DNA of 64,000 nucleotides from Octopus sinensis (Eukaryota). The stretch spans positions 17,670,001 through 17,734,000 of the forward strand of contig NC_043004.1 of the NCBI RefSeq assembly GCF_006345805.1, written 5' to 3'. Positions 12,870 to 24,818 of the stretch are shown here, piece after piece. Within the stretch, counting starts at the first letter, position 1; each line of letters begins with the position of its first letter. The notes below the pieces were generated by a model. The model searched no databases and was not told where the DNA came from. It was given only the letters and a program-made list of their open reading frames with translations. The position numbers were made by a program, and so were the translations under genes.

Positions 12870-14880
12870 TCTTTAAGATCTTAGCTAAAAGGAACGCGTT
12901 TATTAACATCACAAATCATTAACCGAACTTTGCCTCAAACCCTAAATGCCGCCTGATTAATCCGGCCAAATCGGAGATTGGTCGAGCGAGCAAGCATATA
13001 TTGAGAAACATCAATAGCGACAAAAGTGAGTCACCAACGTTTCCTTATGGTGTAGCACCATCGAGGTGGTTGCATGGTTTAATACCAATAAGGGGAGAGG
13101 CAGAGCAATGTTGCCCAATTTGACATAGTCGATTTTTACCCGTCTATGTCAAAAGGTTACTGGTCAAGGCACTTTCCTTTGCTATGGGCTCCACTGACGT
13201 TAGCGACAAGGATATGGATGTGGTTATGCACGCCAGAAAAGCAGTGCTGTTCAATAAAGGTTCGACCTGGGTCAAGCAATCCGACCCCGAGGGCTCCTTT
13301 GACGTAGCGATGGGGGCTTACCTCATCGAGTTGTATACCCTTGGTACCCTTAACAAAAAGTTCCCCTGTGTCCTCTTTGGTCTCTACAGAGACGATGCCC
13401 TGGCCATCTCTAAAGGAGCAAACGGGAACACCCTAGACAAGCTTAAGAAATATATAATTAGCAAACTTGGCTCCTCTACAGACTTCTGAGACGTCACGCT
13501 CGAGTTGGTCTTCAGTAATACAGGCCCTACCTCAAGCCAAATGAGAGGCTAACGTACATCAACACAGCCTCCTGTCACCCACCCATTACGTTAAAAAAAT
13601 CTGGTGAAGGTTGTTAGCAATAGGATCACGAACCTTTCCTCCAACCAGGAGATTTTTGATGCAGCAGCCCCATACTATAACGAGGCTCTAGCTGCTGGCG
13701 GATTTAGGGATTGCGTCTCCTATATGCCGGGCCCTAACATACGTGGAAGGAGGGGTCGCAGAAAAATCATTTGGTTTGCCCCACCTCTTCTCTCTTAACG
13801 TAAAAACGTATGTAGGTAGGATATTCCTTAATAGATAAATATGTCACACGTTCACATATATACGCATTTTCAAAAGACACAACCTTAGGGTCTCTTTTAG
13901 TTGTGCCCCCAATATCAAGAGCATTCTAGTTAGCACCCCTAGACCACGAGCGGAGGTAGGATGCTCATGCAGGGATCACAACTGTTGCCCAGTGAGAGGC
14001 CACTGTGAAACCAAGTGAGTCGCATATGAAGCTCAGGTGCTGGTCGACCCTAATAGCAGCAGCAACATAAGCAGTTCCTCCAACGGCCACTAGAGTAGTA
14101 GGGACGATAGTATCAATAATAGCAGCAACAGAGAACGAAGAGAATCAGCGGCAGCACCATCGCCAGCGATAACAACAATAACAACATCAACGACAGGAAT
14201 GGCAGTATCCCTAACGGAAATGACAGCATCTCCATCAATGACAATGACCATAATAACAACAGCACCATTGCCAACACCAGCGGTAGCAGTAACGCCAACA
14301 CCACCAGACACAACACTGCCAATACCCGACCACGGAGGTACATAAGTTGCTCCGGAAACACATTCAAACAACGCCTCTCCAGCCACAGATCCTCTTTCAG
14401 GATACAGGAAAGGAGATACGTTACATCACTAGCCAGCCATGTATGACAGGTGAAAGACGACAGGATTCCGTACACAATAGCATGGAGAATCCTAGAAAAT
14501 CCAGACCCCTGCATAAACGGGATCAAGCGTTGTAAACTATGCCTAGCGAAACGGGCGAGGATTCTAAAAGATTTCCTCGTCCCGGGGAACATCCTTAACT
14601 CCAGAATGGAGGTTTTTGGACCGTGCTTGCATTTCAGGAAATTCCTACTGGCCTATTGGAACCAACAAGATAACAGGCTCACTTGCGATTGATAGCCAAA
14701 GGGAGAGAATCCTCTGTTGTGACATTGAGTAGCGAGGCCCTTTCCTCCTTCACGTTCTAGAGAGGCCACTCGTTAGGGAGGCCTTAAGCTAAAAGGTTTG
14801 GGGATCTGATGATAGAACGTAAAGCTATGCGCTTTATGAACGTGAAATCCAGGATAATCCCATAAACCGGCCTTACCTAA
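12870..14880 (+). mobile_element. 5'-truncated, decayed Penelope-like retroelement (RT + C-terminal GIY-YIG; probably Naiad-type) with 3' hammerhead
   Basis: [28 protein letters not shown] (YRDD at 13385-13396), IIWFAPP, CSC...CPVRGHC, YIS...FKQR...H, W-I...CKLC...LNSR; multiple frameshifts and stops. The clade call rests on recalled motif patterns. Confidence 0.9.
14795..14868 (+). ncRNA. Type I hammerhead ribozyme in the PLE 3' terminal region
   Basis: Stem I GGTTTGGGGAT/ATCCCATAAACC; CTGATGA 14806-14812; stem II contains CGTAAAGC/GCTTTATG but its junction with the core is non-canonical; GAAA 14844-14847; TCC-A-GGA; TA 14855-14856. Confidence 0.7.
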
Positions 14881-15165
14881 CATTATATATATATATATAT
14901 ATATCTAACATTATATATATATATATATTATATATATATATATATATATTGCGTAAGTTAAGTAACGGTGACGAGCGGAAATTTTGTAAACATAAGTTTT
15001 CTCGTATATATTGACTATAGTGAATAGTCTAATATTGGGGAATATAAGGTCCATGACTGGACAAAAATGGGTATTAGTAGAAGTGGGAAACAAAGCAACC
15101 TTTTCTTTTTTTCCGCGTTAAGTGAGCTGACCGAATATACCAACTTACCAATCCATTTATTTCCG

Positions 15166-15490
15166 TTAAGTTTAGGAAGTATGATTTTCATAGCGGTAAG
15201 TGTGTAAACATGTGCATATTCTGCTTAAGTTAAGAAACGGTGATGTGTGAAAATTTTGAAAATATAATTAGAAGTTTTCCCCGTATATATTGATTCACAG
15301 GTGTATCAATATCCACTTTCCCGTCGTGGGCTTATATGCCTCAGTATTAGATTATTTATTAAAGTTAGTATTTACAGTGAAAACTGATAATTATATTTTC
15401 AAAATGTTCACTCATCAACGTTTCTCAATTTACGCAGAATGCGCACATGTTTATACACTTACCCCTATGAAATCATAGTTTCTTAATTTA
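15166..15490. repeat. Diverged ~95-bp inverted repeat (MITE-like relic)
   Basis: ~15166-15262 pairs with ~15394-15490 at roughly 80 percent identity by eye; a related direct copy begins near 14951. Confidence 0.6.
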
Positions 15491-16108
15491 ATGGAAAAAA
15501 CTGGATGGTTATGCTGGTGTAATCGGTTAGCACACATATCACGAAAATAAGAGGAATAGGTTCAATTCCCACATGTGCTAATACGCATTTATTCCATAGC
15601 ATATTAACTTGGTAATACAACCATGGACTTATAAAGTCGATTATTGATGGATTTCATCTTCGGATTACCTGGACTTCAATGCCAATCGCAAAAAACCATT
15701 CGTTTGCCTGGTGTATTTATATCAGCAGAGAACTTATAAGTATTTTACCTGGATTACTAACCCCTTATTAATAACGTTGAAAGTGATGGACCCTTGATGA
15801 AGTTGCAGCGACTAGGATGCATAATTGCATACAAAGCAATGTGCACTTGCTGCAGTAGAAACATATGTTGGTCCGGGTTATATTTGCTGTAGAAAACCTT
15901 TTAATAAAAAAAGTTTTCGGTGTGAATAAATCTCCATTCTCCTCTTGGTTTCCAATACACACACACACACACACTCACACATACACACACACACACTCAC
16001 ACATACACACACACACTCACACATACACACACACACACTCACACATACACACACACACACATTTACACACACACACACACACACACACATACACACACAC
16101 ATATAACG

Positions 16109-16565
16109 TAAAGGGTATTTGCCAACGTAATGTGGCTTTCCTGGAAGGGACGATGTTACTGATGTTTAGCCCTCGGAAATATCGTTTCTATCTGGCCATA
16201 CGACACAATGTCTGTAACTTTATCTTTATATTTTCGAACAGGGAGTTCAGCACTCCCATCCAGCGCAAAACACCATCTCCGGACTAAATGTTCCTATTTT
16301 GAGATCTGTGATTGTGTGTCACTTTGAAAACTACATATTCGAACGGTGAACCAAGCGGCTACACTGTGTTGACAAAGGGCAATAACCCAGAAACTAGTCT
16401 ACAGTTGTTGTCTTGCGCTGGATGGAGTACTGAACTGCCTGTTCGAAAATATAAGAACACAGATATTGTGTCGTATAGCCAGCTAGAAACGATGTTTCCT
16501 GGGGATAAACAACAGCAACAGCGTCCCTTCCAGGACAGCCACATTGCGTTGGCAAATAGCCTTTA
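16109..16565. mobile_element. Foldback element with ~155-bp inverted arms and a hammerhead-like motif in the spacer
   Basis: 16109-16268 is the diverged reverse complement of 16413-16565; same family as the hairpin at 30791-31026. Confidence 0.85.
16364..16404 (+). ncRNA. Variant or degenerate type I hammerhead (U3-A8 core)
   Basis: CTGTG-TTGACAA-A-GGG(CAATAA)CCC-A-GAAA-CTAG-TC-TACAG; stem I CTGTG/TACAG; palindromic CTAG stem III. Confidence 0.4.
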
Positions 16566-17155
16566 GTTTAAAGAACTGTTACTGAATGTCTCTCTCTCTC
16601 TCTTTGAGAGATTTAGAAATGATTTTTTCTAAAATAATTTATAGTTCAGTAGTGAGATCGTCGGGCTTACAATCACGAGGTAGTGAGTTCGATTCTCGGA
16701 ACGGATCGGGCTGTGTGTTTATTTCTCGTTACTCCAGTTCACTCGGCTGTCGAAATGAGTTGCGACGTCACTGATGCCACGCTGTATCAGTCTCTACCTT
16801 TCCTATTCGGTGGTCTTCCATAGACAACGTTGTCTGAACTCGTGCCTCTTACAACATATATCACAAAACTTGTAAGACTTAAAAGACAAATGCTAGTTCT
16901 TCAACAACATTCAGTCAAAATCAGATTCCAAAGGGCAGAAGATGTAGAAGAAACTTGAATATCTGTCACTTATGTTTTAAACTCTGTCAGTCAGCAGCAG
17001 CTGGCCTTAAAAGTAATCTGGGGGCTCACCAACGGTAGATTGTGCTGTGTGAGGGGGTGAGGCGTGTGTGTTGAGGGGACGGCTATCGTCTGTTAAGATG
17101 AAGTAATCATCATAATCCTCCATCTCCTCATCATCTATCCATCTATCTATCTATC

Positions 17156-17198
<43 letters not shown>

Positions 17199-17200
17199 GA

Positions 17201-17271
<71 letters not shown>

Positions 17272-17889
17272 CGAAATACAAACAAATAGAACACTATTCT
17301 TCCCATGTCCTTATTCCTTTGCATATACCCGAGCGAAGATAACGCCATTATTCTATCTCCCGTTTCTCGATGTTTCCTGATGAAGATGTTCTACCTTCAG
17401 AAAATCGGAGAAATACAAGGTGAACTTCAACTGTCTGATTTTTCTCATTTGCATTTCATTTTACCTTTCATCATTTAAGGATTGATAAACAATGATACCG
17501 ATCACGTACTGCGGCCAACGAAATCGACTTGCCCATCCCTTGAAATCGGTGGCCTTGAGCCTAATATTAGAATGTATTATTATTGTTTCTATTACCGCTA
17601 GTCTTGTTATTACTATTGTCTACAAATACCTTCAGACTAATTTCCTTCTATTGGTTGCGACTACCCCAGCTCTCTTCAGGAATCGTATTATTCTGTAAAT
17701 TTCTCCAAATATTGAGCTGAATACCCTCCTCATTATTCAACTCGCGTATGTAGATAGTTCTCTGTTTTGGGTTTTATATTAAAGAATTAAACTTTCTCGG
17801 TAAATTCAATATCCAGAATTCCTTTTATATCCTGCACTCCTCCAACATTTTAGACTCTGCCACAGAAGTTGAACGAGAACGATCCACAA

Positions 17890-18030
17890 CGAAAACTTGG
17901 CTAATGTTGCCGAAACTCTTTCTCCAGTACGTTAACAACTTGCTAACGGTCATCATGAACAATGTTCGCTCATATGCTGATGACACAGCTCTTGATTGTT
18001 CCACAGTGTCTTATGTTTCAATTCCAAACA
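17890..18030 (+). mobile_element. Short decayed LINE RT fragment (CR1/L2/jockey-like)
   Basis: LPKLFLQYVNNL...VRSYADDTAL matches RT motifs B/C (P.LF..Y.ND...YADD). Confidence 0.6.
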
Positions 18031-18252
18031 AAACAATCGTACGTTGCCTTCCATCTTTCTGGGTCGATATAACGGACTGTAGTCTTGAAAGTAAAGTCTT
18101 GGCGGAAGTATTTTCCTATGAGGGTAACTAGTAACAATAGACAACTAACTAACTAACTAACTAAATAAATAAACAAACAAACAAACAAGCCAATTTCAAA
18201 TTTTGGAGCGATGAAGATAGAAACGTTTTGGTAATACTGAATTTGATGTTGT

Positions 18253-18306
18253 TCAGGTGATGGTGTTGGAAGTGTTACTGGTACTGATGATGGGGATGAT
18301 AATGAC

Positions 18307-18374
<68 letters not shown>

Positions 18375-18520
18375 CGATGACGATGGTAATGATGATGATG
18401 ATGACAAAGATTGTGGTGGTGAAAGTGGTGATGGAGTTGATGACAATGATGATAATGATGATGGTACTAGCGATGTGGTAATGATGATGATAGTGATGTT
18501 GATGATTGTGGTGTTCATTT
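18253..18520. repeat. (GAT)n/(GGT)n microsatellite
   Basis: Direct reading of the sequence. Confidence 0.95.
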
Positions 18521-19364
18521 TTATGTTTAATGAAATGTTAACAGCAAAATATCAATAACCTTAACTCCATCTTCGGAAACATGCACACACACATACGCAC
18601 ACACAGATACACACACACACACACATACACACACACACACACACACAAAACAAGAAAGAAAGAATAAAGAACTTGTGTGAGCAGATGCACACTGGACGAA
18701 ATCCGAGAAGAGATATTCCGTACAGGAATAGAATATGTTTTTCTGACAAGAAGGAAAAATAGTTACCCATGTTAATTAATTAGCTATTTATTTGATATAA
18801 TTAATTAATTGCTGTCTCGTATCAATCTGAATCTCAAATTTAAAAAAAAAGTACTTTATAGTATTTGCTAAGAAAAGAGAGAGAGAGAAAAAAAAACGTC
18901 TGACGAGCACCTTAAAAACTTGAAACGAAAGCAGAAAACTAGAAAAGGAAGAAAGTTTAAACAAGAAAAAAGTGAGCAGTTTTTATGTTTCAAAGACGTT
19001 AAATGAAAGTGATAGCTATTTTATACCATCTTCGACTTTCTTTGATAATGTAAAAGTAAAAAAAATAAATAAAATAAAAAAAGAGAGAACAAATAGAAGA
19101 GCATAAAACTGATAGATTGGCTATTAAGCGATATCTCCGTTCTATTAACACAGAATTATAGATTGATTGATTGATTAACTGTTCCAGTATTCTATTTCAT
19201 GTTTTACGCAAAGAGGAGCGTTCAGTATTCTGTAAAAGCGTATACAGACACATGCTAGTAAATATATACATACATTAGAGACACGTATATACACGGTTAC
19301 AAACAAAATACATACATATGTACTTACAAACTACTTACACACACACACACACACACACACACAC

Positions 19365-19395
<31 letters not shown>

Positions 19396-19528
19396 GTATA
19401 TATATATATATCTATATGTTTATATATATATGCATATATATATGTGTATATATATGTATATATATATGTGTATATATATGTATATATATGTATATATATG
19501 TATATGTATATATGTATATATATATAAG

Positions 19529-19587
<59 letters not shown>

Positions 19588-19899
19588 ATATATATGTATG
19601 TATGTACATATATATATATGTATATATATGTATATATGTATATATGTATATATGTATATGTGTGCATACTTAAATATAAAACAATGCAAAACTACTTACA
19701 TACATGCATACACACATATATATTTATATATATATATACATATGTATATATGCGTACTTAAATATAGAACAATGCAAAACGAGTGCATTATCTTCGATTA
19801 GAGAACAGCTTCACAGAATGAATTCACAGAATATATAACGGTTGCAATAGAATGCACCACTGGATGCAACACTAGAAGAGTTTGTCAGCAGCTGTATCA

Positions 19900-20310
19900 T
19901 CATCAACATCATCTTCGTCATCATCATCATGTATGTTCTCCTCTTCCCTCTCCTGTTTTAGCATCGTCATTATCCCCGTCATGTAAATCATGGTAAGAAA
20001 ATAATAAAAACAAGAAGCCACATTCAATCTGCAAAAGGAACACGATCATCACTGATACTACAACCATCATTACCATCGTCGCCACCACCACCACCACCAC
20101 CATCAGCACCACCACCACCATCAGCACCACCACTATCATCACCACCACTATCACCACCGCCACAACCGTCGCCGCCACTACCACCGACACCACCACCATC
20201 ACCGCCGCCGTCACCACCACCACCACACCACCACCACCATCACCGCCACCACCGCCGCCGCCGCCACCACCACCGCCGCCGCCACCACCGCCGCCGAGCC
20301 ACCACCATTT
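19900..20310. repeat. (CAT)/(CAC)/(CCG)n low-complexity tract
   Basis: Direct reading of the sequence. Confidence 0.9.
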
Positions 20311-20627
20311 CTAATATAGCCTCGGGCCGATTAAAGCCTTGTGAGTGGATTTGGTAGACGGAAACTGAAAGAAGCCCGTCGTATATATGTATATATATAC
20401 GTGTATGTTTGTGTGTCTAATTTTTGTCCCCCCAACATCGCTTGACAACCTATGCTGGTGTGTTTACGTCCCTGTAACTTAGCGGTTCGGCAAAGAGGCC
20501 GATAGAATAAGTACTAGGCTTACGAAGAGTATGTCCTGGGGTCGATTTCTTCGACTAAAAGGTGGTGCTCCATCATGGCCGCAGTCAAATGGCTGAAACA
20601 CGTAAAAGAGTAAAAGGGAGTAAAGAG
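20311..20627 (+). mobile_element. SINE family A, 5'-truncated
   Basis: GCCTTGTGAGTGGATTTGGTAGACGGAAACTGAAAGAAGCCCGTCG...CATGGCCGCAGTCAAATGGCTGAAAC matches other copies. Confidence 0.85.
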
Positions 20628-22630
20628 GGGAAGCGACCTAAAGTGTACAAAATATTCATTAAGTGTTCCCGGCAGCTCATGCCTCTGGCTCGGTGTTATT
20701 TGCCTCGCTAGGTATTTCTGCGATGTTTCCAGTTGTTGCGTAAGGTTTGAGCTGTTATTTAATAATTTCGGGAAATGTGCTTGAACAATTTTTGTCTTAG
20801 TTTTGTGTGTGAGCCGGTGCATTGTAATTAAATAGGTTATTAAGTTTGCAGGGATAGATGTAAAACAGATACTATATTTTAAAGTACATAAATGCATAAA
20901 TTATTACCATATGTATTGGAAAATTACTTCGCTGTTTTTATATATTTACTTTTCTTAATTCTCATCTCATGCCTATAATCTCTCTCTTTCTCTCTCTCCT
21001 TATCTCTATCTCATGTCATCAATTCCCTTCAATATCTCACACTCTTTCACTCTTTCATCTATTTGCTTCGAATATGTTTAAATTTCCTGTTCCCCAACCA
21101 AATACTGAAGTTCATGGCAAAACTGAATTTTGAATTGCTTGGCTTCAGATCAGCCATTTTTTTTTAGTATCCGTAGCTAATCTTTTAATTCATCTCATTT
21201 TTTCTCTCTTTCTTTTCATACATAGGCACAAGTCGGTGGCCAATTCTTCTTTTACACTTCTTTGCTTCACACTCAATTCCGTCACTTCTTCCTTACTTCA
21301 CATCCTTCCTTTTATGTTTATGTCTTTCTTTCATCCTTTCCTTCCTTTATCTCTTTCTTCGTTACTCTTCCCATGTTCCTCTCATCTCTGTTTCCCCTTC
21401 CTTTCGAATAACCATATAATTCCTCCCCATTTTCTTTTTATCGTTCCTTCTTTCTTTTCACGCATCCAACATACATTCCTGCTACTCATTCTTCCTGCCT
21501 TCCTACATTTTTCTTCTTTCCCCGCCCCCACCATTCTTTCTTCCATTCCTTTCCTTCTTTCGTGTTCGTTCATTCGTTCGTTTTCTCTTTCGTTTCTCCC
21601 TGTCATCCTCTTTCTTAATACTCATATCTTTTCTCTATTTTACCTTTCGTTCGTTCGTTCGTTCGTTCGTTCGTTCATTCCTTCCTTCCTTCCTTCTCAC
21701 GTTCGTCATTCCTCACAATATTCATATTTTCCTCCAATTTTGCCTTTAAATTTGTGTTTCTCAACCATTTCCTACCCATGGATTCCTTTAATTCCATTTT
21801 TTATTCGGATGGCCCTTGATAGCCATTCGATTTTTTAAAAACTCCTATTATCTTTTTATAATTAAATATTTCTAGGAACTGTATAAAATATTAAAATATT
21901 TTGTGTATTTTAGAAGTATAGTAAATTTATTGCACAAATTTTAACATCAAAATTTTTATATGTGGACCCCCAAGGCTCATATAGATGCTGGCTTTCGACG
22001 GTTATTTCACTCGTTTATTTCTTCCCTCGTTCACAACACAACACTTATGCCATTCACAATTCCCTTTCTTCGTTTGCTTACTCAATCATTTAGTCGTTCG
22101 TTCCTTTCTTTATATATTTCTGTCTTCTAAAAATTTATATCTTAGACATATTCAAAATTTTCCAGTCTTTCTAGTTTTCTTTCTTTATATCTATTCACTA
22201 AATTCTAAACATTCCTTATTTAATTCAAGCTTTCAGTTGTGTATTTTTCCACTTTATTCTAAAACCCTTATTTCATTACTTTTGATTTTCTTCATTCTGT
22301 ATTTCTTTCATTTATCATAGGGCTATTTCCTTACACGTTACATTTCTTCTTTTTCTCCCCAATTCTTCATTTTTCACTGCTTATGAATTTCTTTCTTCTG
22401 AACTATGCCACCAAATATGAAAACCGCTCTATGTCATATTTTCAATACTGAAAGGTGACAGATATACTATTTATAATACGCGATAGATTTCAAACTTCTC
22501 ACAACAGAATATATTTAAAAGCACTTCCATTTTTATATTTTCGCCCTTCCTATTTTCCCATTTTTAATATTTTGTATTTTTTCCATTTCCAAGTGTATGA
22601 GAGCATTTGTTTATAGTTAAACTAAGGAGT

Positions 22631-22905
<275 letters not shown>

Positions 22906-23440
22906 TAATCAAGGTGGCTCGCAGCAATTTAAAACCAATAAGGAAATAATTCACCGTCACTAACAGTGACAAGTGTGTAGGGAACACCAGCATTGCTAGA
23001 AATAGGAGTCGTAGACTCTTTGGCCACAAAAGTACATGGTCTCTTTGTATTGAGAGGGGGAAAAATCCTTCCCAATGTGAGCGAGATCATTAGATTAACA
23101 TGCTAATTTCGTACAGGAAATTAATACTCATGGTAATGCTCACTCCATCACAGTTGGTAGAGGCCAACTCACTCCTATCAATATTATGGAGAATGTCATA
23201 GAAGTTAGTAACTGATTTCACAAAATGGTTAAGTAAAAATTATAAAATAATCAAGGCGGATAGAAGCAATTTAAAACTAGGAAGGAAATAATTCACCGTT
23301 ACTAAGGGTGACAAAGGTGCAGTGAACACCAGCATTGCTAGAAATGGGACGGGGAATAATATATATATATATTGATAAAAATGGTAAGACAGCAAAAGAA
23401 TGAAAGAGACCTCGATATTATGTAAATAGAGGAATTTATC

Positions 23441-23616
23441 TGTAAATGTAATATGTGACAATTATTCGGTAGCCATGATAAAACTCCGAGTTTCGGATGC
23501 CGAGGTAGAAATCCACGCCGCCATCTCTTCAGTCATCCGGCCAACTCCGAGTTTCGGCATCCGAAACACGGAGTTTTATCATGGCTACCGAATAATTGTC
23601 ACATATTACATTTACA
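23441..23616. mobile_element. PLE-like terminal segment with 63-bp inverted arms overlapping a hammerhead
   Basis: 23441-23503 vs 23554-23616 inverted, one mismatch; extra short copy ACTCCGAGTTTCGG at ~23545. Confidence 0.7.
23471..23542 (-). ncRNA. Type I hammerhead ribozyme, near-intact
   Basis: Minus strand GGCC-G-GATGA / CTGAAGA (23532-23526) / GATG...CATC plus one extra C / GAAA (23494-23491) / CTC-G-GAG / TT / TTATC-AT-GGCT. Confidence 0.65.
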
Positions 23617-23651
23617 AATATATGTATATATATATATATAATATATATATA

Positions 23652-23692
<41 letters not shown>

Positions 23693-24818
23693 GTTGGCAA
23701 CTAACTTCCCGCCGTTTTAAATTTAACCGTTTTTAAAGGTTTAATAAAAAGATAACAACTAATTAATCAATAATGTATTCACACTTGTTGTTTACAACTT
23801 CATCCCAAACGTTCAACAAGATCTTCAGTACCTTGTTGGTAGAAATCACCTGATTTCGATTCGAAAAAATTGATCCAACCAAGCTCTTAATTCTGCATCA
23901 GTATTGAACGAAACTCCGTGCATAGCATTTGAAAGAGATCAAAAGAGGTGGAAATCTGTTGGTGCCACAGAAGGAGAGTATGGCAGTTGTGGCAGCACAT
24001 TCCAGCCATACGTTTGAATGACTTCCTTGGTCATATTGGCGATATGAGGGCGGGTGAGGTTGTGCAGCAGAAGAACTCCATGCTGACGATTAGGCCTTTT
24101 TCTCTTGAATAGCCGTGTGTAGTCGTTCCATCCGTTGAACATAGAGTTCTGCGTTGACCGTTTGGTTCCGTTCAAGCAATTCGTAATGGATAATCCCTTC
24201 CCAGTCCCACCGTACGCACAACATCGTTTTACGCAGATGAAGATCTTGTTTCACGCGCGGTGTCGCTTGTTTACCGGGACTAAGCCATTCCTTACGCTGC
24301 TTCATATTGATGTACAGGCACCATTTTTCGTCGCCAGTAACGATTCGGTAATAAAATCGTTGTTTGTGTCCATGAGTTGAGCGGTGACGAGCAAGCAAAC
24401 CAGCGGAGATTGAGGCTTGTTGGTTTTTGTTGTTTTCACTTAAAGCATGTGGAACTAATGCTCCATACTTCTGAAACTTTCCCATCGAGTGAAGATGCTT
24501 CTTTATGGCACTGTGGGAGCATTCCATTTTCTCTGCCAGTTCCCTTGTCTTTTGACGAAATTTTCGTGCAAAAGTTGGTTTAATCGTTCTTCATCGAACT
24601 CAACTGGACGGCAATAACAAGGTGCGTCTTTGAGGTCATAATTTCCATTTTTGAACTTGGCATACCAATCGCAAGCGGTTCTTTCAGCTATGGCACCCTC
24701 TCCATACACAGTACAAATGTCGCGAGCAGCTTTTGCGGCCTTCGAACCTTGATTAAAAGCAAAAAGGAGGTGTCGAAAATGCTCGTTTTTCTTAACTTGA
24801 CATTCCATTTTAATGATT

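Noticed and set aside
14016-14018. In-frame TGA in the PLE (CETK*VAYEA) as possible selenocysteine, since some Naiad PLEs encode selenoproteins
   Set aside because: The copy has many other lesions, including a TAG, frameshifts and a TGA at 14444 where Trp is expected; the other PLE fragment has Ser at this position; I identified no SECIS. A family consensus plus a SECIS search would be needed to revive the idea.
15505-15580. tRNA-like sequence with A- and B-box motifs (also the heads at ~3508, ~8100 and ~41066)
   Set aside because: No complete cloverleaf with a paired acceptor and anticodon stem; these are SINE heads or relics, not tRNA genes.
17360-17420. CTGATGAAG...GAAA resembling a hammerhead
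   Set aside because: No UH cleavage site or consistent stems; it folds better as a plain hairpin.
21236-21838. 200-aa hydrophobic ORF
   Set aside because: It arises from a TC-rich low-complexity tract (Phe/Leu/Ser/Pro bias) with no domain features.
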